Part shown: positions 13,818 through 27,616 of the stretch, piece by piece | How positions within the stretch are numbered: the stretch's first letter is position 1 | Layout of the letters: each line of letters begins with the position of its first letter | Assembly (NCBI RefSeq): GCF_018977255.1 | Contig: NW_024704742.1 | Span: forward strand, 80,786,001-80,850,000 | Source of the DNA: Callorhinchus milii | Taxonomy: Eukaryota | Direction: 5' to 3' | DNA length: 64,000 nt | The notes under the pieces: model-generated | What the model saw: only the letters and a program-made list of their open reading frames with translations | Databases searched by the model: none | Told to the model about the DNA's origin: nothing | Position numbers and translations under genes: made by a program

Positions 13818-16381
13818 TGTGATAAATAATGGAAGGTAATAATAAGTAAGGAATCAGATACCAAAGGCAATGTTACATGACTTTCTATACTTAAATGCAT
13901 CACTAGATACTATCAAATATACCTGAAGAAATGCAGAGAGTGAAAGAATTCGAGAGGAGGTAGATTATTGCTGCCCTTATTCATACAGACAGTGGTCACA
14001 GTCACATGTGAAATGTCTAGTGTCTTGGGTAATGATAACAACAAATTACACTTGTATAGTGCCCTTCACATCGGAAAGATGTCCCAGGGTGCTGGAAAGT
14101 CAGGGGTTTTTGGAGGCATAACTGCAAGGGTGGAATGTCATCTGTCCATTCCATTCTGCTGTGTGTAATACAGTAAGTGCTCTGTATCATCGTTTGTTAC
14201 TTTTTGTTAATCCACATGGAAAGAAAACTTTAGCAGCGGGTCACATCAAGAGACACTTCTATTTTCAAGTGTGCCCAGTGGTCTTTTCTAAATGTTACTG
14301 AGGATAGCTGGGTTCATTTTTTCGTAGTTCCAGTAAAAGTAATGTTTTGAATACTATCATAACTCCCACTGGACTGGATGAAAGTATATCTCCTGACACT
14401 TACAGTTTCTTTGCTACTTGTTGCTGACATGACTGCCCATTCTGACTGGAGGGATTGAGCCACTTGAAGCAGTAGATAATGTAGGAGAAGGAAAGGGAGG
14501 TCTTCCAATCATAATTTGCCTCTCAAACCTTGTCGTACTTGCAGGATACTGAGACATCCTTGGGAATAGATGTTATTATCAAGGGCAGGATTTGGATCAG
14601 ACAGGAGATGTGAGATACATCAAGTCATATTTCACAGGTCCACTTCCTGTCTCCCACACGGATGGAATATTGAAATCTTTCGGTATCATTTACGTAGATT
14701 TGGCAAATCTATTCTGCTGTCCACTTATAACAATTTTCTTTTCGGAATTTACATTAAATGCATCAACATATATTTTTGGACTGTTCCAAAAGCAGGGAAT
14801 GAAGCAAACGAGCCTGCAAAAATACACAGTCACTACACTTTACAATAAGTTCTATGAAGTACTCAGACATATATTCCCAATGTGAAAGACATTACATCAA
14901 ATGCAAGTATTGTTATCATTAGTAATAATAAATGGCTTTCCATTGGAAATGATTTAGATGCATTTTCATTTTATTGGGTTGATAAGTGCAGTATAATGAG
15001 CTAATTTGTGATAAATATCTCCATTAGATGTCCTGCTTCCTACTATAGCATTTATTATGAAAAATATGAAAACTGAATACCAATGATTCATCCTGCAGCA
15101 CACTTAATTACAGAGACTTAATCAAATACTAACATTTCTTGCAATTCTATGAAGGGGCTGTTAAAAGTAGTTTGAAGAGTTTAGGTTATTTACTTGAGGA
15201 GGAAAGTTGGGATTGTGCCAATTCAGTTGTGCTAATACGTTCTGGGGGAGGTACACATCTTCTCCAGAATCATCCAAAAACAACTTGCACTTATATAAGT
15301 GCCCTTCTTGCAGTGTAATGTCTCAGAGTGCTTCAGAAATTGGACATGTGAGGGATTTAAAGACTGATTGATGGGAGGCGAGACAGAGGGAAAGTGGGAG
15401 CGAGCATTCGGAAGGTAGGGGCAAAGGCAAGACAATTTGAAAGTTATTGCGCAGACATGAAAAATATACTAGTAAATTAACAGTACATAGCAAACAATGC
15501 CAAGAAAGCCACTGCAGCCTCGCATTAATTAAAATGCGTACATAAATGAATATGTGGCACAAATACAGAGAAATAGAAACACGCCCAGTAATTACCACAT
15601 TTTAACAATGACATACAAAAATCAGTGTAACTATCAGTCCAAAAGAAGACTGTTAAATTGTAGTTGAAACTTAAGGTTTGTTTTCTGTTGCTGATATGCT
15701 GATAAAATATATTATAGGCACAGTTTCTCTTCCACTAGATTCCTAAAGCAATGCTCAAGACACTGAGGTCTGGAGTCATTGAACTCTGAAAGAGTTTGTA
15801 ACTCAAAAGGTAACTAAGAGCTGGAGTCTCACTTGAGGCCGTTTATATTCTTATATAAGCTTCAAGTAGGTAACATGAGTAAGGTGGAAAAGGCTTAATT
15901 TTCCTTGCATTAGCCAGGAAAGCTGCAATGTGGTCATCAATACTGCTTGCAATCTTCCCACCTAAATACATCCTGCTTCTCCATGCTACTTGAAAAGCAC
16001 CATATCAATGCAATTTGTTGTTGTTGACAGAAGGCTGCCTGTTTTGAGTGTTATTGTTGAAGGTAGTCACCTGCTCCTCGAAGTTGGGGAAAGTGCCATT
16101 TTTTTGAGCATTTGGTGATGCTATAGCATTAATCGAGGGGAAACAGGAAATAAGGGCAAATAATTCTAAGCACTACGAGTCTTGCATCTAAGCTGAGAGT
16201 TGGACTATCAGCATAAGTGAAGTCGGCTTCTGGGGAAAATTGATCTCCATTGAATCTGAGTGTCAATTAGGCAGCAGTTACTGGGATAAATGTAACATAC
16301 ACCATGACTCGCACACATGACAGGGCACCACAACATTCCCAACATAGCCAGGAACTCCGAAGTTACCCCACACATTTTGTG

Positions 16382-16715
16382 GAGTCAGCCTAGCCCAGTT
16401 GGTAGCATTCTCATCTCTGGGTCAGAAGGACAGTATTAGGACTTTGAACTGGCTGATACTACAGTACATTGTTGGAGTGCCATCCTTTGGATGAGACATT
16501 AAAAAGAGGACCTGCCTGCTCAAGTGATGTTAAATATTCCACGGCACCATATGTATATGAAAAGAGGACGAATTTTTTCCTGATGTCCTGGTCAACAATC
16601 CTCCAAAATACTATTGGTCACTCAGTCACTCAGGCTGTTTGTAGGGCATCGCTGTGCTGTAATGTTTGCCTACAAATTGCACAGCCATTATATTTTATAG
16701 TATGTGGAGTCCTTT
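16382..16715 (+). mobile_element. SacSINE1/AmnSINE1-like Deu-domain SINE (old)
   Basis: tRNA-like head (gtcagcctagcccagttggtagcattctcatctctgggtcagaagg) and central motifs ggatgagacattaaa, atgtcctggtcaaca and gctgtttgtagggcatcgctgtg. Confidence 0.7.
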
Positions 16716-16837
16716 AGCTTAATGGTTTGCGCACTCCCCTCTTGCCTACGGTCACTTTCCTGATCTCCGTGGCTCGGCATCGGGCTCCACCAGTGTTAAG
16801 CACTTGGGACGCTGCCTAGTGTGGAGAGAGCTATATT

Positions 16838-17073
16838 AAGTTTCCTTACTCCACACGCCTAATAATAATCCCTCCAAAACCAAAAACAATAATAAATTGG
16901 TCATTTTCAATCTACGACTGTTTGTGGGACATTGCTGTGCGCAATTGGCTGCCGCGTTCGCCCACAAATATACAGTCAATTCACTTTACAGTGTGTTCTG
17001 TGAAGCGCTTTGGGATGTCCTCCCAACGTGAAAAGCGCTATATCAAACGCAAGGATTATTATTATTATTATTA
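16838..17073 (+). mobile_element. Young tRNA-derived SINE, 5'-truncated
   Basis: Nearly identical by eye to the bodies of the copies at 46981 and 53656 from aagtttccttactccacacgcc onward; ends in (ATT)n. Confidence 0.9.
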
Positions 17074-18979
17074 ATGTAAGGTGCTGGTGTTGTTGTGAAG
17101 TGCTTTGAGACATCTCGGAGATTAGATAAGGCACTATATCAAATGCAATTTATTTTTACTATATACTGTGAAGTGCTCTCAATGGGAAAGGTGCTATATC
17201 AAACATAAGTGTTATTATCATTATTATTAAAACTGTAATAATGCTCCACAATGGACAAATACTATTGTCATGGCCAATCCACCATTTTCTACAAAGTAGA
17301 GCAGATTCCAGAAAATCAAAGATCATAAGTGCACTGTAGAATATGTGTCAAGTGAACAAAATGTGATGCCCCACACAATAGTGAGCTGTCACTTTCAGCC
17401 ATCTCATTGCAGAGACACAGAATAAACCTAAGCTTCTTCCCCACTGGGGAACTGAAGGGAAATTTACCTTCAACAGCTCTCATGCATTTATCAGCAATCA
17501 ACCATTGGCCCATGAGAAAATGTTTTCCATGGTACATGTGACCATGGACAGTGAACAGAAAGCAAAGGAAAATGAAATAATTTTAAAACCTGTTTCACTT
17601 ATATGGAAGGCTTAGTTTCTCAGTATCCCATGCAATTCACTGTTTCTCCCTATGATGTGACTTTATTTTTTTGTGCATGTTAAAGGCATGCTTGTATATA
17701 CAGAATAGCAGATTGTTCCCCTGTTTGTATTCAGTGTTATTACCAAAAACATAACAGTATACAATATACTCCTTGTATCCAGTCAATGTTGAAATAATGC
17801 AATCTACAGGTTGTTCAGAAAGATCTGTTAACCCCAGTTTTTTTTTACATTGCACTGACTATCAACTGAGACATGTGAAAGAATGATGATAATTAAATTT
17901 ACTCAATTGTATTCCGTTCAAGTGTTTAAATGTATACATAATTGTTTTAGTGATGTTTGTGTGTGCATAATAATTTTTCAGAAAGTGTCTATCATTTTGT
18001 GATGTGCTTTGGCAGGAATCCGGATAGCCTGCACATGGAGCTGATAATTTCTTTCATCATACGTTCATAATTATAGGATGTTACAGAACAGAAATAGGCT
18101 ACTCTCGTTAAGGCCATACTGGGAGTTTTCTCTGCATGAAGCTTCTAATGTAATCCCTTTAATATTCTTCCTTTTTTCAAACGTCTGTCTCATTCCCTTT
18201 AAAAGAATTTATGGGCTTTGCTTCCTCAGGATGTAGTGCCAGATAAAACGTTGCTGGACAATGCTCAGATGCTCGTTTTAACAAAACCTCCATGAAGGTC
18301 CAAGAAGTGACATTTTAACAAGGTGTGGATACTCCCCTCTATATCTGACATTGACAGCTGCATACGCAGGTTCCATACATTAGTAATAAATAATAAAACA
18401 TAATTTTATTTTAATATGTCTTTCACATCAGGAAGACAGCTGAAAGTGCATTTCAGGATTTTATAATAATAATAATAATCATTATCTTTACATTTGGTAC
18501 AGCACCTTTCACATTGAGAGGACATGCTAAGGTGATTTACAGGATACACAGTAAAGTTCTGTGACGACTTCTGCATTGTGAGCAAACGAGGCAGTCAATT
18601 TGCACACGGCAATGTCCCACAAACAGTCAATTAGTTATTGACCATTTTTATTTTTAAGATTCATATACCATGACGTATAGCAACTGTATGTTTTGAAAGC
18701 AAATGAAACAGCCAATTTGTGCACAGCAATGTCCCACAAACAGCCTTGAAGTGAATGATCAATAATTATTTTAAAAGAGAAAGAAATGGATTCTTGCAAA
18801 AGAAAAATATGGAAAGGGTATGGACAGTGAGAAAGAGAGTGGGATTACATTGCATGACTCATGAGAGGGAAAAAAANGACAGGCACAAAATTATGGTCTT
18901 ATTTATGTGCTGTAATTATCTATGTTTCTGTGATGAATGAGATGCTTTGTCCAAGGCTTGCAAAACACTTTGCAATGGA

Positions 18980-19530
18980 TGGTTGTCCTCACAACCAATG
19001 CAGCTGAAATCCTCTTCCATGCCTTTGTCACTTCCTGGTGGACTATTCCAATGCCTTGATCGCTGGTCTCCCCAGCTCCACCATACACAAAGTACAATTA
19101 ATTCAAAACACTGCCGCCCGATACTCACCCACACAAACCTCTGTAACCCCATCACACCAGTCCTTGCCAGGCTCCACTCGCCTCCAATTACCGAAGGAAT
19201 CAATTTCAAGATCCTCTCACTCATTTTCAAATCCCTTCATGCCCTCGCACCTCCCTACCTAACCGACCTGTTTATCCCCATTATACTATCCACTGTCTCT
19301 GCTCTTCTGACTCCGGCCTCCTGCTTGTTCCTTGTCCCCTCGGCTCCACCATTGGTGGCCGCGCCTTCAGCCACTACGCCCCAAAACACTAGAACTCTCT
19401 CAATTCCTCCGCATTTAAATCCCGCCTAAACACCTTCATTTTTGATCATGCTTATGGTCCCCTGCCCCCTCCCTCTCCCCCTGGCTCATTGTCAGACTCC
19501 GCCACTGTCAAGCACTCCAGGACATGTTAA
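18980..19530 (+). mobile_element. L2 LINE 3' fragment
   Basis: DYSNALIAGLPSSTIHKVQLIQNTAAR and PVLARLH...INFKILSLIFKSLHALAPPYL. Confidence 0.85.
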
Positions 19531-20195
19531 AATGTAAATATATTTTACTGAATTAAGAGAAACATTTAATTTACTTGCACCCTTATTAGTAAGATTAATA
19601 ATTTATTGAGTTAGCCGCACACAGGTGGACTTTCCATTTGCATTATTAAGTATTAAAGGTTAATGGCTGATTAATACAGTGCAAATGTTGCATTTTGCAG
19701 GGTATCGGTTCTTATTCTGTTAGAGGTTTAATGTGAACATTTCAAAGTGATGCTGTTCAATACAATGTTGATCCAATGCAACCAATTTTGAACATCATGT
19801 TCTTTGCAATTATTTAAGATGGATTTATTTTCTTGATACAAAACCTTATCAAGGAATTTTTAAATATAACTTAAAGAATAGATCATTTGTAGTTCAATAT
19901 ATGAGCCCCAGCAAGAAGTTTTGAAAATCAGAGTGTAGAAAAACATTTGTACACTGTTTAGTAATGCTGACTATTGTTCCAATGATAAGACAATGGAAAC
20001 CATAAATCATCTCTTGATAGATTTATTTTTCCTCCTATAATTTTCTCTCTTTGACACTCTTCAGCAGTGACTAATGGTGACTGATGGCGAACACCAGAGC
20101 AGAGCCCATGTAGACACAGGTCAAGAGCTACTAGAGAGGAAGTAGTGATATTGTTAGGACAGTGAAGAATGGAAGCATGAATGTTTCACAAAATC

Positions 20196-21305
20196 ATAGC
20201 ATGGAATCACAGAATCCTACAGCACAGAAGGGACCATTTGCCCATCGCCCCTGTGCTGGCTCTTTGAAAGTGCTATCCAATTAGTCCCACTCCCTCACTC
20301 TTACCCCATAGTCCTGCAAATTTTCCTTTTCAAGTACATATCCAATTTCCTTTTGAAAGCTACTATCAAATCTGCTTCCACCACTCTTCCAGGCAATGCA
20401 TTCCAAATCGTAACAACTCAACATTGTTAGAAAATAAAATCAGCCAAATCTGTAAGGAAATAACACTAATTCCTCTAACCAGATATCAGACTGTTTTATT
20501 ATAATTCGTTTGTTATTCCCCAATACCCCGATGGGTCAGACCAAAGGCCGGTACAATCAACAGATCTTATAACAGAATAACACCACTATAGATATCTCGA
20601 GTTCAAGAGTTCAACACTGTGTCTTTCCAGCACACAAGCTTGATTCTTCATGCTTTCAGTCTTCTTGCTTACAGCTTTCAATCTTCCATCTGATATCCTC
20701 AGTCTTAGTGTTTCCAGCTCTCAGTCTTCCATCTCTGTATCCTTGTCTCCACGACCCGGGACGGCTCCATCTCCCGTATCCTTGTCTCCGCGACCCGGGA
20801 CGGCCCAGTACACAAAGTTATCGGAACTCTTTTACCAATATTCATCCAATCATGGTGCGGATATTAGATCACCCGGTCGAAATCATGCGGGGTTCACGTG
20901 AACACCTCATGGGGTGTATGTGCCTCACACACACAAACACACTGTCCTTGAGACAGTCCGTTATCTCGTGTACGTGTAGGGAGTTTCAGTCCAGCTGCTC
21001 ACAACACACTTAACTTAAAAGTTAACCCGTTCGCAACATCTATTATGATTCTAACATTGTACAAAAAGTGTAAATTCTAACAACATTTCTCCTTGTCTCC
21101 TCTGCTTCTTTGGCAATTATCTTAAATCTGTGTCCTCTGGTTATCTGCCCATCCACCAGAGGAAACAGTTTCTCCTTACGTACTACATCAAAACCCCTCA
21201 TAATTTTGAATATCTATATTAAATTTGCCCTTAACCTTCTCTGCTCTAAGGAGAACAATCCCAGCCTCTCTCGTCTCTCCACATAACTGAAGTCCCTCAT
21301 CCCTG
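20196..21305 (-). mobile_element. CR1 LINE 3' end, interrupted by the solo LTR at 20425-21082
   Basis: The + strand shows the reverse complement of a CR1 3' UTR and ORF end (catggaatcacagaatcctacagcacagaagggaccatttgcccatcg...). It resumes after the LTR (cttaaatctgtgtcctctgg...cttctctgctctaaggagaacaatcccagc). Confidence 0.8.
20425..21082. mobile_element. Solo LTR, copy A (658 bp)
   Basis: Starts TGTTAGAA and ends TTCTAACA (8-bp inverted termini, TG...CA), with a perfect 4-bp TSD ACAT (20421-20424 and 21083-21086). Contains two ~39-bp tandem units. A second copy lies at 42999-43732. Orientation is probably minus (minus-strand AATAAA near 20500). Confidence 0.88.
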
Positions 21306-21309
21306 ATGA

Positions 21310-21580
21310 TGCCATAAATGCGGCTCTGGCAGGAATGGAGGAAAGACGATGAAGGAGAATAGAGTGGTCAACAATGTAAAAGGGTGTCTGAGAAGTATGA
21401 GGAGAGATAGTGGGATCAGGTCACATTTGGACAGAATATCAATGATGACTCTGACTAGAGTGTGCTCCTTGTTATGGGTGGGTTGAAGGCCAGACTGAAA
21501 AGCATCAAATCAGAATGGTGAGAACGAGGAGAGCATGTGTTTGGGTGACATTGACATTCTCTAACCTTGGCAAGAAAGGT
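21310..21580 (-). mobile_element. L2 LINE RT fragment
   Basis: Purine-rich + strand resembling the reverse complement of the L2 RT segment also seen at 3700-3930. Confidence 0.55.
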
Positions 21581-24500
21581 CAAATCAGAGTTCCCTGTCC
21601 TTTCCTCACTAGAGTTTACTCACAAACACTTACCCAGATGTTACCCAGATGAGCAACCCGAAATAAGCATTCTGACTTATTTTTACCTTCTTGACCTCAG
21701 GCACATTGATAGTACCTCCAACATCCCCACTGCTCCCCACTTGAAACTGAGGCAATCTCCTTGTCCATACAGCTCACTGCCACACCACACAAAATATTTA
21801 GTCACAAGGCTATTGGATGTGATTTCTCTGTGGTCATCACCAGAGAATACCCTCAACCACACTACGATGAATGTTTTCTCTTCCTGCACCAGCCACATTT
21901 ATGGCTCTAAAATATTGCTGAAATTAGTATCGTGTGGTGCTGCACTTGGGGCAATTTGGTGCTGTAGATTTGTGTCAGCATTGTCGCAATTACACAGTTC
22001 ATGTAACATTAGGACCTCTACAGCCAGCACTGAATGACTTTCATTCCATCAATCTGGTCTCTGAATTCAATCCCATTTCCCAGAGGCAAAAATGCAATGT
22101 TGTAATTAGCTGCATCACTTGGTACCTGACACCTCAATTGTTTTATACGACAGCCTGACTCACCAAAGGAAAATCACGTAGACAGAAAATCATCTTCAAG
22201 TACAATTCCTTTATTTCTTCCATTGATTTACATGGCAAGTGTGTGTGTTTCAGTGCAAGTCTGTGTGCAAAATGTGCCGAAAATAGATAAAAGCCGAAAA
22301 TTAACATTCAGCATTAAACAATGGCTCGTGTTCTTTCACATTCAACTCATGTACAAGAGGTCAGGCGGTGTCAATGAAGTCTAAGTGATTGGTAGGATTC
22401 TTGTGAACCCACTGACAGTAATTTGCCTTTATTATGCTCCTACAGTTAAATGTGATGGAGCGCTTTTACTTCACTTGGTTTTATCTACATGCAATGTGTT
22501 GTTGTTGTGTATTTTATTTTTCGAAGTCACCAACTGCGACAGTGTCAAGTTAGTAATCCAGCTGCAGGATTTATCATGTTAAATTTCCAGGTTTCTCAAT
22601 CTGATTTTAGTCAACACACACTGTACAAACAGAAAGGGACAATTGTAGGCGAAGCGTGATTTTGCAATTATGATTCCAGGAGAAAGAGAAAAAAANGATC
22701 CGAACGACTAGTACCAAGCCAACTGAATTTTAATCAATTACATTTTATGTCAAAAAGTTACCAAGGAAATGTTGGCAGTCAATGTTTCTGGAACAGCCAG
22801 GAATATTCTGAAAACTCAGCTCAAAATCCATCAGCCAGAGAGTAACTTCATGCTTCAGCAAATGCTCTCTCTCTCTGCAGTGCCCACAAACTTTATAATT
22901 CATTGTTTTGCTTTTTAGGTTCATTATTACTTGCACTCCAAAGATTTCAGCACCGCTCAACATAAAGACTTTACATGAGGGAGGCACATAACGAAACAAC
23001 CCAAAAGAGGCGTGAAATGCTGAAATCAGCACTAAAAAGACAGTGAAGGAACACAAATGAGAGCATGCATGCATGATACACGCAAATAAAAAAGCTAAGT
23101 GGATACAGCAGGAATGTCAGCAGTTATCCAGACCAAAATACAGCAACTATGCACGACATGTTATCTCAGTCACAATTGTAAAACATCAAAAAAGGATGCA
23201 TGTGCATGGTGAAATAAGGCAAGGGAAATACACCCCCCTTCATGTTGAAGGAAATGTAAACATTCAACATGTACATCACACAAACTAATCTGTATGCAGA
23301 GCCCTTCATACTTTTCAGATACTTTAGCAGGGTTGTAAATAAAGGAGTTTATAATAAAATGATTGATGATGCCGTGATTTAATTGCATAGCTGACTGCTC
23401 CTCACATCGATGTTTACCAAAATAGGCTTATCATTGCTTAAGAATAATGTGTTCCCAGCTATCCTTATTGAAACAATTCTGTTTTATTTCATCTTCATTT
23501 CTCTGTGAGGTTCTGTGTTGATCATCTTTTGGTGGGGTGCCCATTTGATGCCAGTCCTTGACTATACTTCAAAAAATAGATGGCAGCACTATGGCACTTT
23601 GAATTCAGTTATGTCCTTCTTTTGTACGGGGATTGAAATGGAGACTGTTTAATGGATAATTATGTTGATTTTATTTTAACAAGGTATTTGGCAAATGTTA
23701 AAGAATGCTTCGTAAAATTATTTGCTCTGTCCTTATAAATTTGCATTGAAGTTTTGGAATACAATGATCTTCAAAGTAATTTTAAATAACACCAGGCTTC
23801 ACCCCAAACAACTCCTTTTTTCAACCTACTCCTTACTGTAAATGCAATCATTTCATTTCATGCGAGACTCATACCTAAATTCCTGCATGCTTAATGTGTA
23901 CAATCTTTGTTAAAAAAATATCATACTGTAGGTTTCAATCTAAATCTTTATTTTAAAAGCAAGAACACAAACGTCTTTAACAAGTTCCACACCAGCTTTT
24001 ATCTCGCGGTTTTCAATGACTGGATGTCTGTCTTACCTGTCAAAGTTATTGAACCTTTTATGAATGACTTGGCAACAAATGGAACTTAAATGATACAAAT
24101 ATCACTGCCTCCAATTTTATTTCAACCAACCGGTTAAAGCACAGGTTTTGATCAGTTCTATGTTATTTTGCTAACCCAGGGCTACAGTGTATGTACTCCA
24201 ACATTACAGATGAACAGGAGCCAGGGTTTAAATCTTAGAAAAAAATACCCAAATTAGGACAGTATTTCATATTTCCTGCTCTCGTCTGCCCCATCTCTTA
24301 TTATTTCACTCATTTCATACATCAGATGTTCATCCAAATTATTATCTGACTCATAAACAATCACAACTATGTTCAGATTGTTTTGTAATCATTTTGCTGA
24401 AAATGAAATTAGCTGAGAAACAACTGGCATGAAAAGTAATGCAGTAATCTGGAAATTAATGGCTGCAATGAACCTTATGTTGTTTTGGTGAATCATGGTT

Positions 24501-26049
24501 TCTGGATTAACACAGTTGCCTCGCAAAATTGATCTGAACGTAGATCCAAAATGTTGAAGCCAATAATTTCACAAGATTATTAGAGATGTTCATAACTATC
24601 TTTTTCCAGCTGGCACAGATACTTTCAATACCATCTGGCTCGTTGTTTCCTCCACTTACCCACACACACATACCAGAGATGATAATAATAATCCTTGAAT
24701 TTGATATAAGCACTCAATCGATTCACTGAAACATCTCAAAACGTTTCACAGGGATTACTGTAAAGCATGGTAACTGTATTGTAGGTGAAAAGGGCAGTCA
24801 TTTTTTGCATCATATTCTCTCTCTTGGTCACCTGATAGACACACTTGGATATTGCTCTATTTTCTTCCATTGAGTCACATTCCTGTTGATAATCAAGTTA
24901 TCCTCGCAGCCCTCACTCTGAAATCAGTCCATTTTCATTCAAGCTGATAGAATATATAAACCATTTTTGAGCATAGCCAAGACAGCTCCCAAATACCTCT
25001 GAAGGTGAGATAAGGAGAAATCATTTTGAATAAGTGGGTGATGGAGAAGGAAACAACTTTTGGCAATCAGCATGTTCTCAGTGGAATGTGAGCACCTATT
25101 AATTTAAACACGCATTTGTAAATGCTTACCAAAGGAAAATAAACCAAATGCTGAAATTTGATGAACTAAAATGGTTCCCTTACCTAAGGACATCAGATTC
25201 ACGAATCACAAACAGAGTGCCAGAGAGTGAGTTTAGATGCTGTTTTGCATCTCGATCACCCAGGTTCAAATCAAACCAGACAATTGGTGGACAAAAGTGT
25301 AATTTCTATTATATCCTGAAAAATATGAGTTTGGGCGTGTCTTAAGTTAGGAGGGGCATTAATGGGGGTGTGTGTGGGGGGGTGGGGGGGGAATGAGTAA
25401 ATATTTGTGGCACTATTTGACCAGCACAGATAACTGGTGTGGAAATGCCAATGTCCTATTGAAAGTGTTGGAGTAGCACTGTTCTGAGATAGTGTAAAGG
25501 GAGTTTGACTTGGCATGTAACCACTGTTAAGCCTGGCTTAGCCCTGCATCTCTGTCACCTTACTCTCATCTTCCCTCCTCCCACAAACCTAACCCTTAAA
25601 GATAACTCTTCCCTGTAAGTGAAAGGCTGAGAAAATGGCAAAGCTGGGGGGATGACTAGGACTTGAAGCTGGACGAAAGGGGGAAATCCAAGACAGAGAA
25701 GCAAAGCAATACAGAAGCTAATGTTCTCCTCCACACCATCGCGCACTCCACAAACACTGTACCGTTTTGCATTTCTGCAGTCTAAACATTATTCATGAAA
25801 ATGTATAAAATCCAGTCACTTCACTGTAAACTATATCACCCAATAAAGAATGCAAAGCTCAGTTGTAACAAGGCTGATGTTTTTTTCCTCCCCCCCGGGT
25901 TATTCCGGTGTGAATTCGTATTCCTGTCGAGTCTCATTCATTCGTAATGATCCGTTTTAATTTATTTAAAATAAACGTAAATCATCGATTTACTCGAGAT
26001 CTCAGTCATTACAATAACCACAGGTCCATGAGTTCAAATGGTACAGGAT

Positions 26050-26093
<44 letters not shown>

Positions 26094-26717
26094 ATGGGAA
26101 TCTCACTGCACTTCATGTTGGTGATTCCCAAGTGTTGGGATCAGTTCCCACCTTGGGCTGGAAATTGGCTGGAAGTCCAATCACTTGAATCTCAGTAAAC
26201 ACTGCCTCCATCCCACCTACAAAAAAAAAATGATGCTTGGAAGCTGACTGAAATGTATTGCACCTTTTGCAGAATATACACGTAAGCATCGACACATCAA
26301 ATAACTTAAACGCTGTGTATAAAACATGTCAAAAAAAACACGGTAGCTATTGCCGTTCACCTCTCCTGCTCTCAGTGTCCTGCAGAGAGTGCACAGCCAG
26401 GGGCGAAAGGCAGGAACCAGGCACTGCTGATCACCAGCACAACCCAGCCTTCCTTGCCAGCCAGAGACACAGGCACAGCCAGAGAGAAACCGAGAGAGAG
26501 AGGGGGGGGGGGGGGGGGGGGACTACACAAGAGAGAGATAGCAAAGGGGGGAGAGAGAGAGAGAAAGAGAGAGATGGCAAAGGGAGAGAGAGATAGTGAG
26601 TGAGAGAGAGATACTGGGATAGCAAGGGAAAGAGGCAGGGAGAAAGGGAAAGATAGCAAGGGAGAGAGAGGGAGGGAGAGAGGGAGGGAGTGACACAGGA
26701 AGGGAGCGAGGTGGGGA

Positions 26718-27430
26718 GAGTGAGAGGCAGTGAGGGAGAGTGTGAGAGACTGTGAGAGAGACTGAGAGGCAGTGAGAGAGAGTGTGAGAGGCAGTGAGAG
26801 AGTGTGAGAGGCAGTGAGAGAGACTGTGAGAGGCAGTGAGAGAGTGTGTGAGAGGCAGTGAGAGAGACTGTGAGAGGCAGTGAGAGAGTGTGAGAGGCAG
26901 TGAGAGAGAGTGTGAGAGAGTGTGAGAGGCAGTGAGAGAGTGTGAGAGGCAATAAGAGAGACTGTGAGAGAGTGTGAGAGGCAGTGAGAGAGTGTGAGAG
27001 GCAGTGAGAGAGAGTGTGAGAGGCAGTGAGAGAGTGTGTGAGAGGCAGTGAGAGAGTGTGAGAGGCAGTGAGAGAGTGTGAGAGAGTGTGAGAGGCAGTG
27101 AGAGAGTGTGAGAGGCAGTGAGAGAGAGTGTGAGAGAGTGTGAGAGGCAGTGAGAGAGTGTGAGAGGCAGTGAGAGAGAGTGTGAGAGAGTGTGAGAGGC
27201 AGTGAGAGAGTGTGAGAGGCAGTGAGAGAGAGTGAGAGAGAGTGTGAGAGGCAGTGAGAGAGTGTGAGAGGCAGTGAGAGAGAGTGTGAGAGGCAGTGAG
27301 AGAGTGTGAGAGGCAGTGAGAGAGTGTGAGAGGCAGTGAGAGAGAGTGTGAGAGGCAGTGAGAGAGAGTGTGAGAGGCAGTGAGAGAGAGTGTGAGAGGC
27401 AGCGAGAAAGGCAGTGTGAGAGAGAGGCAG
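26718..27430 (+). repeat. GA-rich minisatellite (unit ~20-22 bp, GTGAGAGGCAGTGAGAGA(GA)GT-like)
   Basis: Directly visible tandem array; it produces the repetitive SHTLSHCL ORFs on the minus strand. Confidence 0.95.
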
Positions 27431-27616
27431 CGACGCCCAGACCACTGGCAGGACGTTTCCCGGAGGACCTGGTCAGGCGGGAGAGGAGGAGAGGCGCCGG
27501 AGCCGCGATGCCGCGCCTCCCCCCGCAGTGCCGCTCCCGGGACCATGACTGCCCCGCGGGGGTGTAGCGCTGCCCAGCGCCGCGCTGACACTGCTCCTGC
27601 CGGAGCCGGCAACAGG

